DNA from: Eledone cirrhosa
Taxonomy: Eukaryota
Reading direction: 5' to 3'
Assembly (NCBI GenBank): GCA_964016885.1
Contig: OZ024740.1
Location: forward strand, 53,568,001-53,632,000
Length of the DNA: 64,000 bases
The notes beneath the pieces are model-generated. The model saw only the letters and a list, made by a program, of their open reading frames with translations, had not been told where the DNA came from and searched no databases. Made by a program: the position numbers and the translations under genes. Of the stretch, positions 13,070-29,899 are shown piece after piece. Within the stretch, counting starts at the first letter, position 1, and every line of letters begins with the position of its first letter.

Positions 13070-13604
13070 TGATAGATAGGTAGATATATAGATATATGTA
13101 TATATGTATATATATATATATAAATATATTTAACGAAGGAAGTGTGGTACGGAACCAGATGGGCCATGACGCACCAGACTACATACATATATATAAATTT
13201 TAGTACAGCATTGACGAAGCTTTAGAATACAGCCAAGCTAACGTATATGCATAATCGGTCTGTAGTTTGAGCACTCAGATGAGGAAGGACTCCAGAGTAA
13301 TAACATTACGTTCAGACAGCTTAGCAAATCAGATATAGCGGTCGGAGTCCAGCCGCATCACTAGAGCAACGAACATACAGGACTCAGGAAAAGATTTTAT
13401 ACTGACCCGGACATAGCGGTGAGGCTGAGTGCAAAATATATAACTTACATATATAGCATCCAACATCAGCGCTAAGTGTCTGCAAATCCAAGATCGACAA
13501 ATTCCTATTGCAGGAGTCTGCAATATAATGATATATATATACATAAATATATATATATATAATTATATAAATAAATAAATAAATATATATATATACATAT
13601 ACAT

Positions 13605-13643
<39 letters not shown>

Positions 13644-13729
13644 GAGTGTCTGCGGCTCTAAGACCGGAGACCTAAAGACCACTAATCAAAATAGTACTCG
13701 ATGCATGATAGGATGCAGAGTTGGTATAT

Positions 13730-13900
13730 AACTGTTTCTACGTTTGGCACAAAGCCAGCAATCGCCCAGTGCATTACTGGTACTTTATTTCATCGACCCT
13801 GTAAGGATGAAAGGCAAAGTTAACCTCGGCGGGATTTGAACTCAGAATGGCAAGGGCTGTAACTCTATACGTCAAAGCATGGCGTCCGACCCTCTACCCA
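13730..13900 (-). mobile_element. tRNA-derived SINE
   Basis: Reverse complement of the family at 33169 and 34888 (B box GAGTTCAAATCCC; gggtcgatgaaataaagtaccagt). Confidence 0.85.
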
Positions 13901-13999
13901 TATAATGCACGAGCAGAATATATTATATATATAGCTCGTATATATTATTCCTATGTATATATTGTATATGTGTATATACACACACACGCACACACACAC

Positions 14000-14031
<32 letters not shown>

Positions 14032-14172
14032 ATATACCCCTCACTCTCAAACATTGAACCTAATACCTGACAGCATTCTTAACTGTACTCCTTGTTGTTA
14101 TTATTTACTTTTCCTATATATATATATATATATACACAGATCACATAAACACACACACACACACACACACAA

Positions 14173-14203
<31 letters not shown>

Positions 14204-14236
14204 TATATACATATATACATATATACATATATATAC

Positions 14237-14347
<111 letters not shown>

Positions 14348-14366
14348 CATATATACATATATATAT

Positions 14367-14556
14367 CACAGTTGAAAATTGCAAACTTACCTGTCACCAC
14401 ACATTATGAACCTGAAGATTGCGAAGCATCAAAGTTCCTGTTCAATTAACACTTAACATTTAATATTCTACCATACCATTTCATTCTAATACCATTATAA
14501 ATTTTAAAGGATTGTAAATAAAACGAGTAAATCAGACAAAGTTGGAATTCCTCTTA

Positions 14557-14560
<4 letters not shown>
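14367..14560 (+). repeat. ~200-230 bp hammerhead-bearing element (decayed core in this copy)
   Basis: Matches 46313-46545 (+), 51700-51890 (-) and 57140-57368 (-). Core here is CTGAAGA T TGC-GAA-GCA T CAAA. Confidence 0.85.
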
Positions 14561-16675
<2,115 letters not shown>

Positions 16676-16730
16676 GTCCAGAATTAGCCGTCGAAACGGC
16701 TTGAGCTCAGCTGTCGGGGTCTTACTGGTT

Positions 16731-16778
<48 letters not shown>

Positions 16779-16783
16779 TATGT

Positions 16784-16862
16784 TTTCCTATTACACACTC
16801 TAATACCTTAAGTATTGAGTACTCTGGTGCGTTTTGTTCGTCCATAAACGCTCGCTTTGTTT

Positions 16863-16901
<39 letters not shown>

Positions 16902-16970
16902 GTGTGTATATATTTATATATATGTGTATATATATATATATGTATATATGTATATATGTATGTATATATG

Positions 16971-17018
<48 letters not shown>

Positions 17019-17065
17019 CATATATATACATATATACATATATATACATATATACATATATATAC

Positions 17066-17104
<39 letters not shown>

Positions 17105-17277
17105 CATATATATACATATATACATATATATACATATATACATACATATATACATATATATATACATATATAAATATATATACATATATACATACATATA
17201 TACATATATACATATATATATATACACATATATATATATATACACATATATATATATATACACATATATATATATAT

Positions 17278-17319
<42 letters not shown>

Positions 17320-17394
17320 AAGCGAGCGTTTATGGACGAACAAAACGCACCAGAGTACTCAATACTTAAGGTATTAGAGTGTGTAATAGGAAAA
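16784..17394. repeat. Inverted repeat (~80-bp arms) around a microsatellite spacer
   Basis: 16784-16864 is the reverse complement of 17312-17394. The ORF track shows the same [10 protein letters not shown] peptide on both strands. Confidence 0.92.
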
Positions 17395-17495
17395 GAGACA
17401 TGACCCCGACGGCTGAGCTCCGGCCGTTTCGCCAGCTAGATCTAACTTTCCAAACGGCTAGAGCTCAGCCGTCGGTGTCCTGACTCTTTTCCTAT

Positions 17496-17567
<72 letters not shown>

Positions 17568-18337
17568 ATATATGGGGTTGGTGGGGATATATGTTTGTGT
17601 GGGTGTCTTTGTGTGTGTGTTTGTATTTGTGTGCGTAATGTATATATGTATACATATGCATGTGTCTCACCCTCCTCATTCTCTATCTACCAATCTATCT
17701 ATCTCTCTATCTATCTCTATGCATATGTATAATTAGGTACCTACAGATACAGACTTAAACACACAATCACATTTACTCACACGAGTATATATATATGTAT
17801 ACATATATATATATATATTTATATAAAAACAAAGATATAGCTGAAAATGCCTGTGCATATGTGTGAGTGAATGGATTTATATGTTTGGATCTTTACATGT
17901 ATTCGAATGTTCTATGGTTGTAAAATCGGGAACACATATATGCGTTTCGCAACATACATTAAAGAACAACTTTATAGATATGAAAAATATTATGAATTAA
18001 ATAATTAACAAAATCAACAATGAAAAACACTCACACGCACATACATTTATTCACTCAAACCTACACACACGTACATGTATGCACGTACATACACGTACAT
18101 GAAAGATTTTATTCTATATATTTTGTGTTCCTCGCTTATGCTATGCTATTGCATAGCTAGAATTTCACAACTCTTAATAACCCTAGAAAACCTTTTTACT
18201 ATAGTATGTCAGAAATATATATTATTACTTATAAGTGAACGGTATACAATAATGTTTCTAAAATTTAATAGCGCAGCCTTTATATATTTCACGACATTAA
18301 CTCAGTCAAAGTATTTCTCTTTCTCTCATACTCTCTG

Positions 18338-18447
<110 letters not shown>

Positions 18448-18543
18448 GGGTAATATTAATATTAGCCAATAACCATATATATATGTATGTGTGTGTTTGT
18501 GTATATATAACATGTATGCACACAGTCACACATCACACACACA

Positions 18544-18605
<62 letters not shown>

Positions 18606-19167
18606 TACATATATGGCGGTGGGGGATTAATGTGTGTGTGTGTGCAGGTTAGGGGTTGCACGTGTATGTGAACGTATACATAGAAATATATAATACACAG
18701 TATTTTGTTGCCGTATCCTTTTTCGCTCTATATTTGTCTGTGTCTGTTGCTATGATTGTGCACGTATGTTTAAGTACCGTATACATCTAAGTATCGATCC
18801 ACACAATTATTAATAAGCTTTGTTTTATAAACAATGAATAACAATCAATTTATTATTCTTTTCATATAAAATACCACATAAAGCGTCTATTGTCTGATAC
18901 TATTTTTGTTTTATTGTAATGCATTTCATGGGTATGGTCAAGTATTTTTCGTCATGTATATTGTGAATATTTAGCATAAACGACATATATTTGCTGTCAG
19001 AAAAATTTGAAAACGATTTTGATAATCTAATACTTCGTAATATGTAACAGCTAAAAAAATCCGTTCTATATGTCCATGTCTACATTGATAAAACAAACAT
19101 GAACATATCTCCTGTGATAACCTGTAAATGACTACAATACAACATATATGTGAACATGTGTTTGCGT

Positions 19168-19217
<50 letters not shown>

Positions 19218-22200
19218 CTGTGTGTGTGTGTGTGTGTATGGGTGTGTGGATGTATGTGTGTGTGTGTATATATATACACACATATATATATAGATAGATA
19301 TATATGTATATATATATTCATATATATATACATAAATAAATATATATACATATATATATTTATATGTATATAAATGTGTGTGTGTGTGTGTGTATGCGTA
19401 TGTACATACATGTATTTATTTATTTATATAGGCCTTTTAAAAAAACCTATATCCTCAACTGCATATTTTAGGCAACTTTTCATTATTTTGTTTTCCTAAA
19501 ACTCTTCTTCTGCATAAAATAGGCGAATATATTAACGGAAAAAATTATATTTTCTTTTAAAATGCAAACTACATGATTTTAGAAATTGTATTAAACAGTT
19601 ATTGCCAGAATTTGAAAAACAAAATAACGATAGTGAATTGTTAAAAAAATATAAGCAGAATTTCCTCAGTGTAATTTGAATAAAGCTTTGAAATTATAAT
19701 TTCTATAACTTCTATTTACCAAATATTCTTAAAACTTATATACATAATTATATATTTGCGTTGAAGGTAATTAACCATAAATATCAAATATGGCAGAAGA
19801 CTTTTTAACGGTGGTCTTACGTAACGAATCATGCGAGGTTTTTCACTAACTTAAAAATCTCCCACAGGCACAAAGTTTGAAAACCCCGCCGGGGTTCACT
19901 AGTAGTTCTTAATTATCTCCCTTTGATACATATTCTGTTAAATTGTAGCGTTATATTCTTTTGGCACAATCTTCTAACCTTAGTTCTAAGTTTTCGCACA
20001 TTAATTATCTAAAATAGTGAAAAGTATTGTTAGCAATATATTTTTTATATTTTTAAGGCAAAATGTCTTTAATTTTTTTATATTTTTTTATATTTTATTT
20101 CTGCAATGTTTAGAAAATAGAAAGTTGTTTATTTTTGCAAAAACTTATTATGGCTATTCATTAAATGCAAACAATGTTTAGAAAAAAAGAAACAAAAAAC
20201 ACACCACACTTTTTAATCATTCTCTATGACCAGCTCATCCTTTCGAGATGAGTATATCTATTTTAACTTTTAAATACAGGACAGTGTTTCTATTCATTCT
20301 AGAAAACAAGCAACCTGAATAATCGAACATAAATTAGAGTCATTTTGCAGAGTCGCCTATTGTTTGATTGACTTTGTTTCATGAGCAAGTTTGATGACCT
20401 GTGTTTGATGGATTTTATTTTGGCTACTTCATTTTTCTTTGTTTTCTTTTTCCTTTAATTACCTCCGTATAATTGATAAGTTGTGGACAGAAAACAAGAT
20501 TTTTCTTTATCTTTCTTTGTTGGTCTTTCAAAGCAAGAGAAAAGTCATGTTAAACACCAATTCATTGTGGATTCATAAAGTGAAAAACAAGTTTGAGGTT
20601 TTCAGAATCATGTATTATTGTTATTGATTTTTTTTGGTGTGTATGTGTGAGTGTGTGGCTGGGGTTAGGGGTTAGAGGAAGAGAGTGGAGGGAGCAAACA
20701 TGGGAGAGGTTATATTCTATTTGTAATTATGAATAGGGTTACTGGTAGCAGATTCATTTGCAAAATGCTGAAAGAACGCTAAAGGAAATGAACTGAATGT
20801 AGGGAACAACGCGTCACTGCTGTTGCATTTACAACTTCAACTGATGTGGATTTTCTCTTCAACAAATGAAGAAACAAAGAATAAACCCCCAAAAGAAAAC
20901 TCCATACATACATTGTCCGCACAGATTTGTTTTATTCCTTTTGTTTACCACATTTTATATTCTGTATTACTTGTTTTATAAAGGATACATTCACACATAC
21001 ATACATACATACATACATACATGTATATATTTTTTATTTTCCGCTTCCTTCTTTTTCTTCAATCACAGTGTAAGATTGTTTTAAAGAAAAGAAAAGAAGA
21101 ACTTGTTCATCGTAACGCCTTCTTTTATAGAATGTTGCTTTTCAGGCAGCCAAAACCGAACCAAATACAGCAGAAGGGGGGTAGGAGAAATGCGTCTTGT
21201 ATACTCATTTATTTCTTCTTGGGTGTGATTAAAAAAAAGAAAAGCAAACTCGAGTAGTGCACACTCAATTAACGATAGTTTTTTTCCTTTTCTTGGCAAC
21301 CTCTCCTTCAGAATACTACAGTTGAGATGATGGTGGCACAAGTCAGATGAGTTGTGTTCCCATGAGTGTTAGTCGCTTATGTTCCCTGCAGATATTTTTC
21401 TCTCCATTTCTTTTTTCCATGGTTCTTCCTTCGAACCCTTCAACGCGTCGGTTAGGTTTCTTGTATTGAATTGGAACACGGGTTGGGAAAGAGAGTATAG
21501 GTGGTCTGGTTTGCTGAATTAGCCTGGAAGATGGCGTAGTTCCGCAGGTGTCTTTAAGCCGGTCTATGGCGTACGCTACTTGTTCTTACAGATCTGCTAT
21601 ATCCACTTGAATTAGGCATGTTGGAACAAACGACACCATGCTTCGCTTTATTTAGGAACATACGCCACGTGCAGTCTCGTACCACCGTTAGACACTCTAT
21701 TCACAAGTTGGTCGAAGATATGGAAAAAAGCGAAGCTAAATTACTGCTTGGGACCTATAGGTGGCGTGCATAGAATTTCTAACACTCCCGCCGGTTCTGA
21801 GTCCTATTAAAATGCATCTTTTCCAGCTGTTCGGACAGCCTTATTTATTTTATTCATTTTTTTTTTATATTTCCTATATTGAAACCTTTTTTAGTCCCTC
21901 CACTCACTTCCCATTCTCTCTCACTCTCCTTTTTTGGCACTGGGACCATTAATTTGCACGTCCCGAAATCTTTTCTTTTTCTTCTCCCCACTTTGCGTTT
22001 CTTTTTTTTTTTTTTTTCGTAAGGTTTGTTATCAGGGTTGAATTGTTGAAGCGTTTATTGAAGAAAGAAAGTTGCGTTTTCCATCTATGCTTTTTTACCT
22101 CTTTATCTAGACTTTTTTTTTACTTTCCCCAACTTGCTCCTGTCTCCAATTATCGTTAGTATACTCTCTCAGACACTTCTTTCCTTTCTTTTGAACACAA

Positions 22201-23515
22201 ATGCAAACTCTTCCATATTTCCTTTATTAATCTCATTCACACTTGTTTTCGTTTTCATCTTTTGCGTTATTGCAATTTGAATTTGTATTCTTCTCCGATA
22301 GTTTTCTTTTCACGCCTTTTTTTAAAATCTATTCTCAAATCTTTTTGTACCCATTTATTTTCGTTCTTTTCTTTTCTTGTTCAGCATTTAGTTTATATGG
22401 CGCTTTTCTAATACATTTGTATTCTGTATGTGCACCTTTTTCCTACGTGTTTGTAAAATGTGCACCTTCAACTCAACAATTGAATATAAACAGCCGCACA
22501 TGCGCAAGCATACACACAAACCAGCAGCTTATGCCAAAATACAAAATGTTTTACTCCAGTTTTGTTTTCTTCTTTCAATCATTTTTACTAATATTCTTTT
22601 AAATACATACGTTTACGACTTTTAATCTTACAAATTTTAAGTGACGACTGTGTTTACACAGTAATTCCCAATTTTGGTTTCTGTTTTTGTTTTGTTTTGT
22701 TAACTTTAACAGGAAGAATATGTTCAAAATGGTTGACACAGACCGTATCAAATAAAGTAAAGAAGGAAAACATAATATGTCAAAAGTTTTCAGTAGATAA
22801 TTGGACCGCATACATATTACACATTTAATCTGCAATTTCAAACAGTTTTAACGGAATATAACAAAACACTACTTTTCACGGCATTGAATCTAAAGTAAAT
22901 TGTAACACAAGATTTCTTAACATATTCTTATGCTACAAGTTGTGCTGTGCTTTCTTTCCTCAGGTAATGTTCGTTTCAGTATTTTAGTTTTATCGTTTTA
23001 ATTTTGGTGATATAAAAATGGTAATCAAATTACTATTATTTCTTAATGTAATCAAGCAAAGTATATGTAAAACTAAGGAAGAAGTATGTTTACTTGTAAC
23101 ATAATTTTAAATATATATCGAAATGCAGCAGAATCACGTGATCTCCAGTTATTAGATGTGTCTCAACGATATAAATTCCTTGAGATTGATGGGAAGAATT
23201 TGAAAAAATACTTATTTTCTTCTGCACTGACTGACATCAATATTGTTTAGTCAATGGAAAATAATTGTTTCTACTTTTGGCACAAGGCCAGCAATTACCA
23301 TTATTATTTCCAGTAATGTACTGGGTAAGAAACAAAGAAACACATTATAAATAAATAAATATTAAATAGAAACATATGAGAAAATATTTCATAAAATTCA
23401 TTAAAAAAAACAAGAATGTCAAAAATATTATTTTCTTTATTCGAAATTTAAGCATTTATTTAAGCATTTATTGCATTTTGAGATAGAAAATAACAAATAC
23501 ATCTATGAGATCTTG

Positions 23516-23578
23516 TGACTACTACTAACGAGCTGCTGCTGCTGCTACTACTACTACTACTACTACTAGTGCTGCTGA

Positions 23579-23659
<81 letters not shown>

Positions 23660-23665
23660 CACTAT

Positions 23666-23719
<54 letters not shown>

Positions 23720-23803
23720 TACTACCAACACTACTTACTACTACTACTGCTACTGCTGTTGCTGCTGCTGCTGCTGCTACTGCTACTACTACTACTACTA
23801 CTA
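23516..23803. repeat. (CTA)n/(CTG)n trinucleotide repeat
   Basis: Direct inspection. Confidence 0.97.
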
Positions 23804-23962
23804 AGTAGTAGTCCGAAATGAACCGTGATCAAGCAGTCCTACGACATTCAGTCGACCAAGCGACGACAGGTGACTCACATTCATCTTCATAGTTATAACA
23901 TTCCTCTGCCTCATTGAGGACCATACTGCACAATTCAACATACACCAATTCACTACCTATTA

Positions 23963-24146
23963 TTTGGCAGTATCGGTAGAGGGTCGGACGCCATACTTTT
24001 CAGCAAAAAGTTTCGGCCCTTTATGGTCTGAGTTCAAATCCCGGCGAGGTTAACTTTGCCTTTCATCCGTAATGGGTCGATAAAATAAAGTACCAGTAAT
24101 ACACTGGGAGAATTGCTGGTCATGTGCCAAAAGTAGAAACAATTAT
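23963..24146 (+). mobile_element. tRNA-derived SINE
   Basis: A-box-like TGGCAGTATCGG, B box GAGTTCAAATCCC, and the family tail gtgccaaaagtagaaacaatta. Confidence 0.9.
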
Positions 24147-24419
24147 TTTTATATACTCGTAGATTATTTTGGTAGTTATAGTGAAGTCAGGCAAGGCGAA
24201 ATTTGTCAGGGCGTTGTAGCAACTCTTTCGCTGTACCTTGTTGTTGGTGTACATCTTAACACAGTGTTTTGCCCTAGTGACATTGTTGAGGTTTCAATAT
24301 TTGCTCTGTGGATATATACATTTCTTTTAATGCCTTCAGATACTGAGTACGAAAGATAGCATTGTATATATGCTGTTGTAGTAGTAGTCAGGGGAGTCGA
24401 AGTTATGTCTGGGCATTTA

Positions 24420-24990
24420 CATATGACTTTACATGAGGGATCAAAGCCAGAGGTCCTTGCAAGGAGTGCACTAAGAGCTACAGCACTTTCTAAACTGAAA
24501 CGACCCTGGAGAGATAAAACATCACTATCAAGTACAAAATAAAACCACTGCGTGCATTGGTCACGTCCATTTTTCTATACTGCTGAACTGCAAAGAAAGA
24601 TCCAAATAGTGGAGATGAAATACTTTAGGAAAATCCTTGGATTCTTCTACACAGAGCATATCCCGAACAAGGAATTTCACAAAAGAATCACCCAGCATTG
24701 GAGCGACTTTGAATATCTGATGACTACGGTGAAGAGGAGTAAGCTGGGGTTGTATGGACATGTAACAAGATGAGACTGACTCGCAAAGATGATCCTCCAG
24801 GGAACAATGTGGGGGAAGAGAAAGCGTGGCAGACAGAGGAAGTGGTGGACAAATAACATAGCTAAGTGGACAGGAAAGAACTTTGTCACAACCCAAGTAC
24901 TCACCCATGACCGTCAGAGATGGAAGCACTTGGCGCAACGTTCAACAGTGCAGTGCCCCAACGACCCTGAAAAAAGTTAAGGGACCATAA
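24420..24990 (+). mobile_element. Decayed RTE-clade LINE 3' fragment
   Basis: EMKYFRKILG..TVKRSKLGLYGHVTR*..MILQGTMWGKRKRGRQRKWWTNNI. Confidence 0.85.
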
Positions 24991-26958
24991 CGATGATGTT
25001 GTGGTATGGATTGTACAACTTAAAGTTTGATGTGAAAACAAACTGTCCCTCACACTTTTAATATTTCTATTTCGTTGTGTAGGTGTTCTGTGGGTCAGCT
25101 CTGTGTGCAGCCTGAAATAATACATAGAGCCATGATTTGGAAATGTTGTGGATGCCTTGTATATGACCTCTTGTATGTTTAACTTCTGTGTATATGGTGT
25201 GTTTATGTTGTTATGTGTGATGGCTGGCTGCATATGGCATTCCCTAGAGTTGATTGTAAGAAGGTAAACTGGATTTGGCTGGTGCTGAATTAATCTGTTG
25301 TTGTGAATTTTGGTTTCTATGTGAATTATGAGATGTGGAACAGTTAGTTGTGCAGCAGTATCGGAAGAATGTAGTATTAGTGTTAGAATTAGCAGTAGTA
25401 GTAGTATTTGTACAAGAACAGCAACAGTAGTATTGCTAGTTGTAATATAAGTAGATGAGTAATTAGAAAAAGGAAAGGAATAAAGGAGAGAAAATACTAC
25501 TATCAAATTCTATTTTTTAGCCACAAAGGTAACGTCTACAATTGAAAATTAAACAAAAAAACAATGAGGACATTACAAAAGGAATATGGGAATGAACGGG
25601 TAGGAAAAACAACAATACAAATATATATGATTGGAAAAAACATCCTAGTAATGGGTCACCTACCTAGGAGCAATCGGGGGAACCCACAGAATCTAGTTTA
25701 ACATGATCATGAAACTATCTAATATGAATGCCCTTAACAAGCAGTGATCTCCTGCCTATAGACGCAAGCTAACAGTAGGTTCTTTCAACCAGACACACTC
25801 TCTATTCTCACCTATCTTTTAACAAATATACTGGAGAGAGCCATGACCCTCTCCAACCTCATGATACTTGAAATAAGTGTTAAAGATTTGTTCGAAGCAG
25901 AAATGTCTCTCCTTAGTCTTTTCAATGTATATAGACCACAAGTTTGTGATCTGCATATACATCCTAGAACAGACAGATTACTAGGTTAGGAATTCTTCCA
26001 GCGAGCGGATTAGCGAGATAGTTAAGTGAGAGGTAATCGCCAACAACAGATATTGAGGTACCCTAGATATATAGATCAGAGAAGAATCGATAAAGTTTAG
26101 GGGGAAATTGGTTCTATAGTTATTTTGTTGCCATAGCTGGAGGTGCTGAGGAGAATGACCTGTTGGCTTATGCACTGTAATAGTATTGAACACACTTGAA
26201 ATGCAGGTACTCAGCATCTAGTTCGTTACAGACCTTCGTTTAGATTAGAAATGGAGAGAACTAACGATTAGGGCAGCCAGAATTACTCAGAAATAGATTG
26301 AGGAAAAGTCAATCAGAAACGACTGGCATGATGGCGAATGCATATATCTTTTCTCCGAATTTCTTATCGTCTGACTGATGTGTTTTGCTACAGATTTCGT
26401 TTGACAATATCGGAGTTTTTATTATCCCCCATCTTATAAAAGGGCTGCGTTTAACTTGTTAAACGGGCCATTTGCTGTCAATACTATCTGTATAGAGATG
26501 TGATGACGTCCATGATGATGCATAGGTACAAACAAACGCTGCAATACGTACAGAGGATCCTGGCGAACGTTGAGTAGGGGATATCATCGTTTATCAAGAT
26601 TTTCTTTCCTATTTCATCACTTTCAATATAGTTCTAAATCAAACTTATAACGAATTTGGGCGTTTAGCATATGGAATGAGAGTAGACTCTCAACGTTCAC
26701 TTCCAGTCGGGCAATGCAACCGGTGGAAAGAAAGTTCACATTTTATAGAGGGCTAAAAAAGAAAATAGATGACATGACGATAAAATGTCGATTCTTCTTC
26801 TTCTTCTTCTTCTCCAGTTAATCCGGCTGGATCCCCAGGCAGACCATCCGAACTCGGATGTTATCAACCCATCTTCCACCGGTTGATTTGCCCATTACAT
26901 CTGAATATATTTTCTTTAGTTTCTGACAAGAGACCTCGTGAACTGTATCATAATAAGC

Positions 26959-27033
<75 letters not shown>

Positions 27034-27045
27034 CATGCACGCACG

Positions 27046-27096
<51 letters not shown>

Positions 27097-27299
27097 CCAC
27101 ACACACAACATACAAAGTATATGTATACAAATATAACATTTCGGATCCTCGCGCACTTAAATATATATATATATATGGGTGGATTCTCGGTGGTTACCTG
27201 GAAGGGACCATAGTTATAAAAGCTACTTAACACGTTAGTAAAATATAGGCACATATATTTTATATAGAGGTAACTTCTACATCAGTAGAATTGTTTCAC

Positions 27300-27890
27300 T
27301 GTGTCTTGCCGTTTGTGTGTTGCCCGTAAAATCTGTCCAACGATTTCTTCCGGAGACTTTCTAACCACATGCCCATATTATCAGAGCTGTGATACTATGG
27401 AGAAGTAGCAGGTCTATCTGGAGTGACTCTGGTCTCCGAGTTGCGAACTTATCGAGTTACTCCAAAGACCCTTCCGAGGAATCCCATTTCGACCGCTTGC
27501 ATTCGCGATGGTATTCTTTCGGTCATTACCCAAGATTCTTGACCGTAGGTAAGGGTTGGCAGGAATAGCGAATTCAAGATAGCGAGTTTGGCTTTCACGC
27601 CTACCTCTCTTCTTCGGTTTAATGAATAATGAAGCTGGTGCATTACTGAATCAGCTTTTGCAATTCTTACACTTAATTCAGCCTCCTGTCTTCCATCACT
27701 CGTGAACACGGTCCCGAGATACTTGAACGTCTGTATCTGCTTCAGTGGAATGCCATTCACATGTAGCCTGCACTGCGCAGGTTTTCTTGCGAGGATATGT
27801 GTCTCAGGTTTCGCAGCACTGATTTTCATTGCAGCCATGCAGCACTCGACATCAAACCTCTCAAGTGCAAGTGGAGTAGGCTAGATTTTA
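27300..27890 (-). mobile_element. Decayed RTE-like LINE RT C-terminal fragment
   Basis: ORF 27449-27838: FKYLGTVFTSDGRQEAELSVRIAKA..LPTLTYGQESWVMT..QAVEMGFL. Confidence 0.85.
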
Positions 27891-28689
27891 GGCATCGATG
27901 TGCATAATTTTACCGGCCCTTCACAGATGGGTTTTGCTCAGGAATTGAGACGAAATTTCATAAAATCTGTTGTGCAGCTGAAAGGGAATTGCAGTTTCCC
28001 TTTACTCCAGGGAACGGTTGTTAGTCGGACCCGTTCAAGGTTAACAAGGAGACCATTTTTCATGCTCTCGTTCAGTTCCCGAAGATCATTGACATATGGA
28101 ACTAAGCAGAAGCGCTTTTGTCATGTGTGGAAAAGATGCAGACGTTGTTTCAGGCACATTCAAAGATCGCACGACTGCTCTCATTTGGCAAGGTGTGTCG
28201 GTCAATTCTCTTCTGCATGGGGAATGTATTAAAATGGGTTCTATTGTGGACGGTTTGGAAGCGATTAAATGCAAGTCTCTAACTCTGATGAAGCACTTAT
28301 TAACATCTTCAAGTATCACTTGAGGCAGGTGATAATGTAGAAGGAGATGGTGCGCTCAAGAAAATCTGATGAAAGGTGAATGGAAGTTGCGATGTTGATA
28401 CGATTGCGACGTCCAGTACTTGAATTTTGCCAGGAGAGGGATTTTACCCTAAGCGAAAGATGGTAGGGAGCCTTAGGCTGCCCTGGTTCTTTCTAGGTGG
28501 TAGTTTTTTTTATCTCCTTGGGGATGTCTTTGTTTATAATTCATACGAAAAATCTTTGATCTCCATAGTTGCCCTTTCTCATCTATTGTTTTTGTATAAC
28601 ATAAAGCATTTTGTGAAACCGATTTATATAAAATAAATTGTATTTTTGTCTAAGGGCTCTGTATTATTACTATCATTATGATGATTTGA

Positions 28690-29790
28690 AACTTCCTTTG
28701 AGTTCTGCTTCTTTCCCAAAATCACGCCGAGTGTCAACCTGGCACCTGCGGCAAAATTTGATAATACACACATTTTTCAATCAATTGTCACACAAATGAT
28801 GCCACAAGGGCACAAACAACAATAAATGTCCCCGAAAAGTTTTTGAATTGATAATGCCCTTCTCAATGCCAGTCAGCACTATTTTCTGTATCTCTTGCAG
28901 CGATGACTTTCCAGGTATCCGGTCCAAATATTTTTCAGTACCCTTTTTTATCATTCCAAGTGCGCCGACTATCACTGGTATTGTGCAGGCCTTAAGATGC
29001 CACATTTCTTCAATTTCAATTGGTAGATCTTTATACTTACTGAGTTTTCCGAACTCTTTTGGAGTGATGTTTAAATCTGATGGAATGCTCATGTCAATTA
29101 AGAAACATGTTTTCTCTTTATGGACCTTCCCAATTATATTAGGTATTTTGGTATTGTCAATATTCACAGCGAAATCCCAGAGGATCGTTGCGTTCTTGCT
29201 TCAGTATAAGGCACCTGGGTGATGGTTGTACCATTTTCTCACCATCTTTAGACCATAAAACCTGCACATTATTCAGTGTAAATATTGCCCCACTCTATCA
29301 TGCCTCGTTTTATATTCATAGGCAGCTAATAACTTACAGCCTGAAATCAGGTAGTCTATGGTTTCAACATAATCATCACAGAATCAACACTTTTGGTCAG
29401 TTCCATTTCTGATCATATTGGCTTGAAGGTTGCGCAACCAAAATGAAGCCCTCACTTTCTGCCTTTAGCCTAGAACTCCGCAGCCACTGATGGGCGAGGG
29501 TTTGATCTACATCAGATTATTTGCTACGGAGAATATACAGCCGATGCAGTGGTTTTTGATCCCATTTAGCTCAGTCTCTGTTGGCCTTTCTAGTTTGCCA
29601 ACACTTTGGTATTCTTTCCGGCTTTAATTTTAGAATTGGCATTATTATTTTCAAACTGTATTCCCAGTTCTTCCGCAAACTTCCTAGTTTCCTTTGAGAC
29701 TGAATGTAACATCTTTCCCCCTTCGTGGATTGCGACCATTTTCGTCATCCAGTCATCTGCGGTTTTACGCTATTGATTAAATCTAAGGGT
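28690..29790 (-). mobile_element. Decayed R4/Dong-like (REL endonuclease) LINE 3' part
   Basis: ILWDF..KEKTCFLIDMSIPSD..KLSKYKDL..WHLK..IPVIVGALG, with WLRSSRLKAESEGFI upstream. Confidence 0.85.
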
Positions 29791-29899
29791 CGATATCCTG
29801 TATGAAATTTCTGGCTGGATCATTCTTCTGGCTCCATTTTGTCTACATCTTCTGGCTCCATTTTGGAGATAGAAGCGATCCCCATCTGCTTTGGATGAT

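Noticed and set aside
20661-20678. Telomere-like GGGGTTAGGGGTTAG
   Set aside because: Only two imperfect units.
21560-21775. Possible exon DLLYPLELGMLEQ..YRWRA after a CAG acceptor
   Set aside because: Short, no recognisable domain, and no partner exons identified.
23515-23808. Poly-Leu/Val/Thr ORFs
   Set aside because: Produced by the (CTA)n microsatellite.
27900-28420. Possible further LINE fragment
   Set aside because: No diagnostic motif could be read in any frame.
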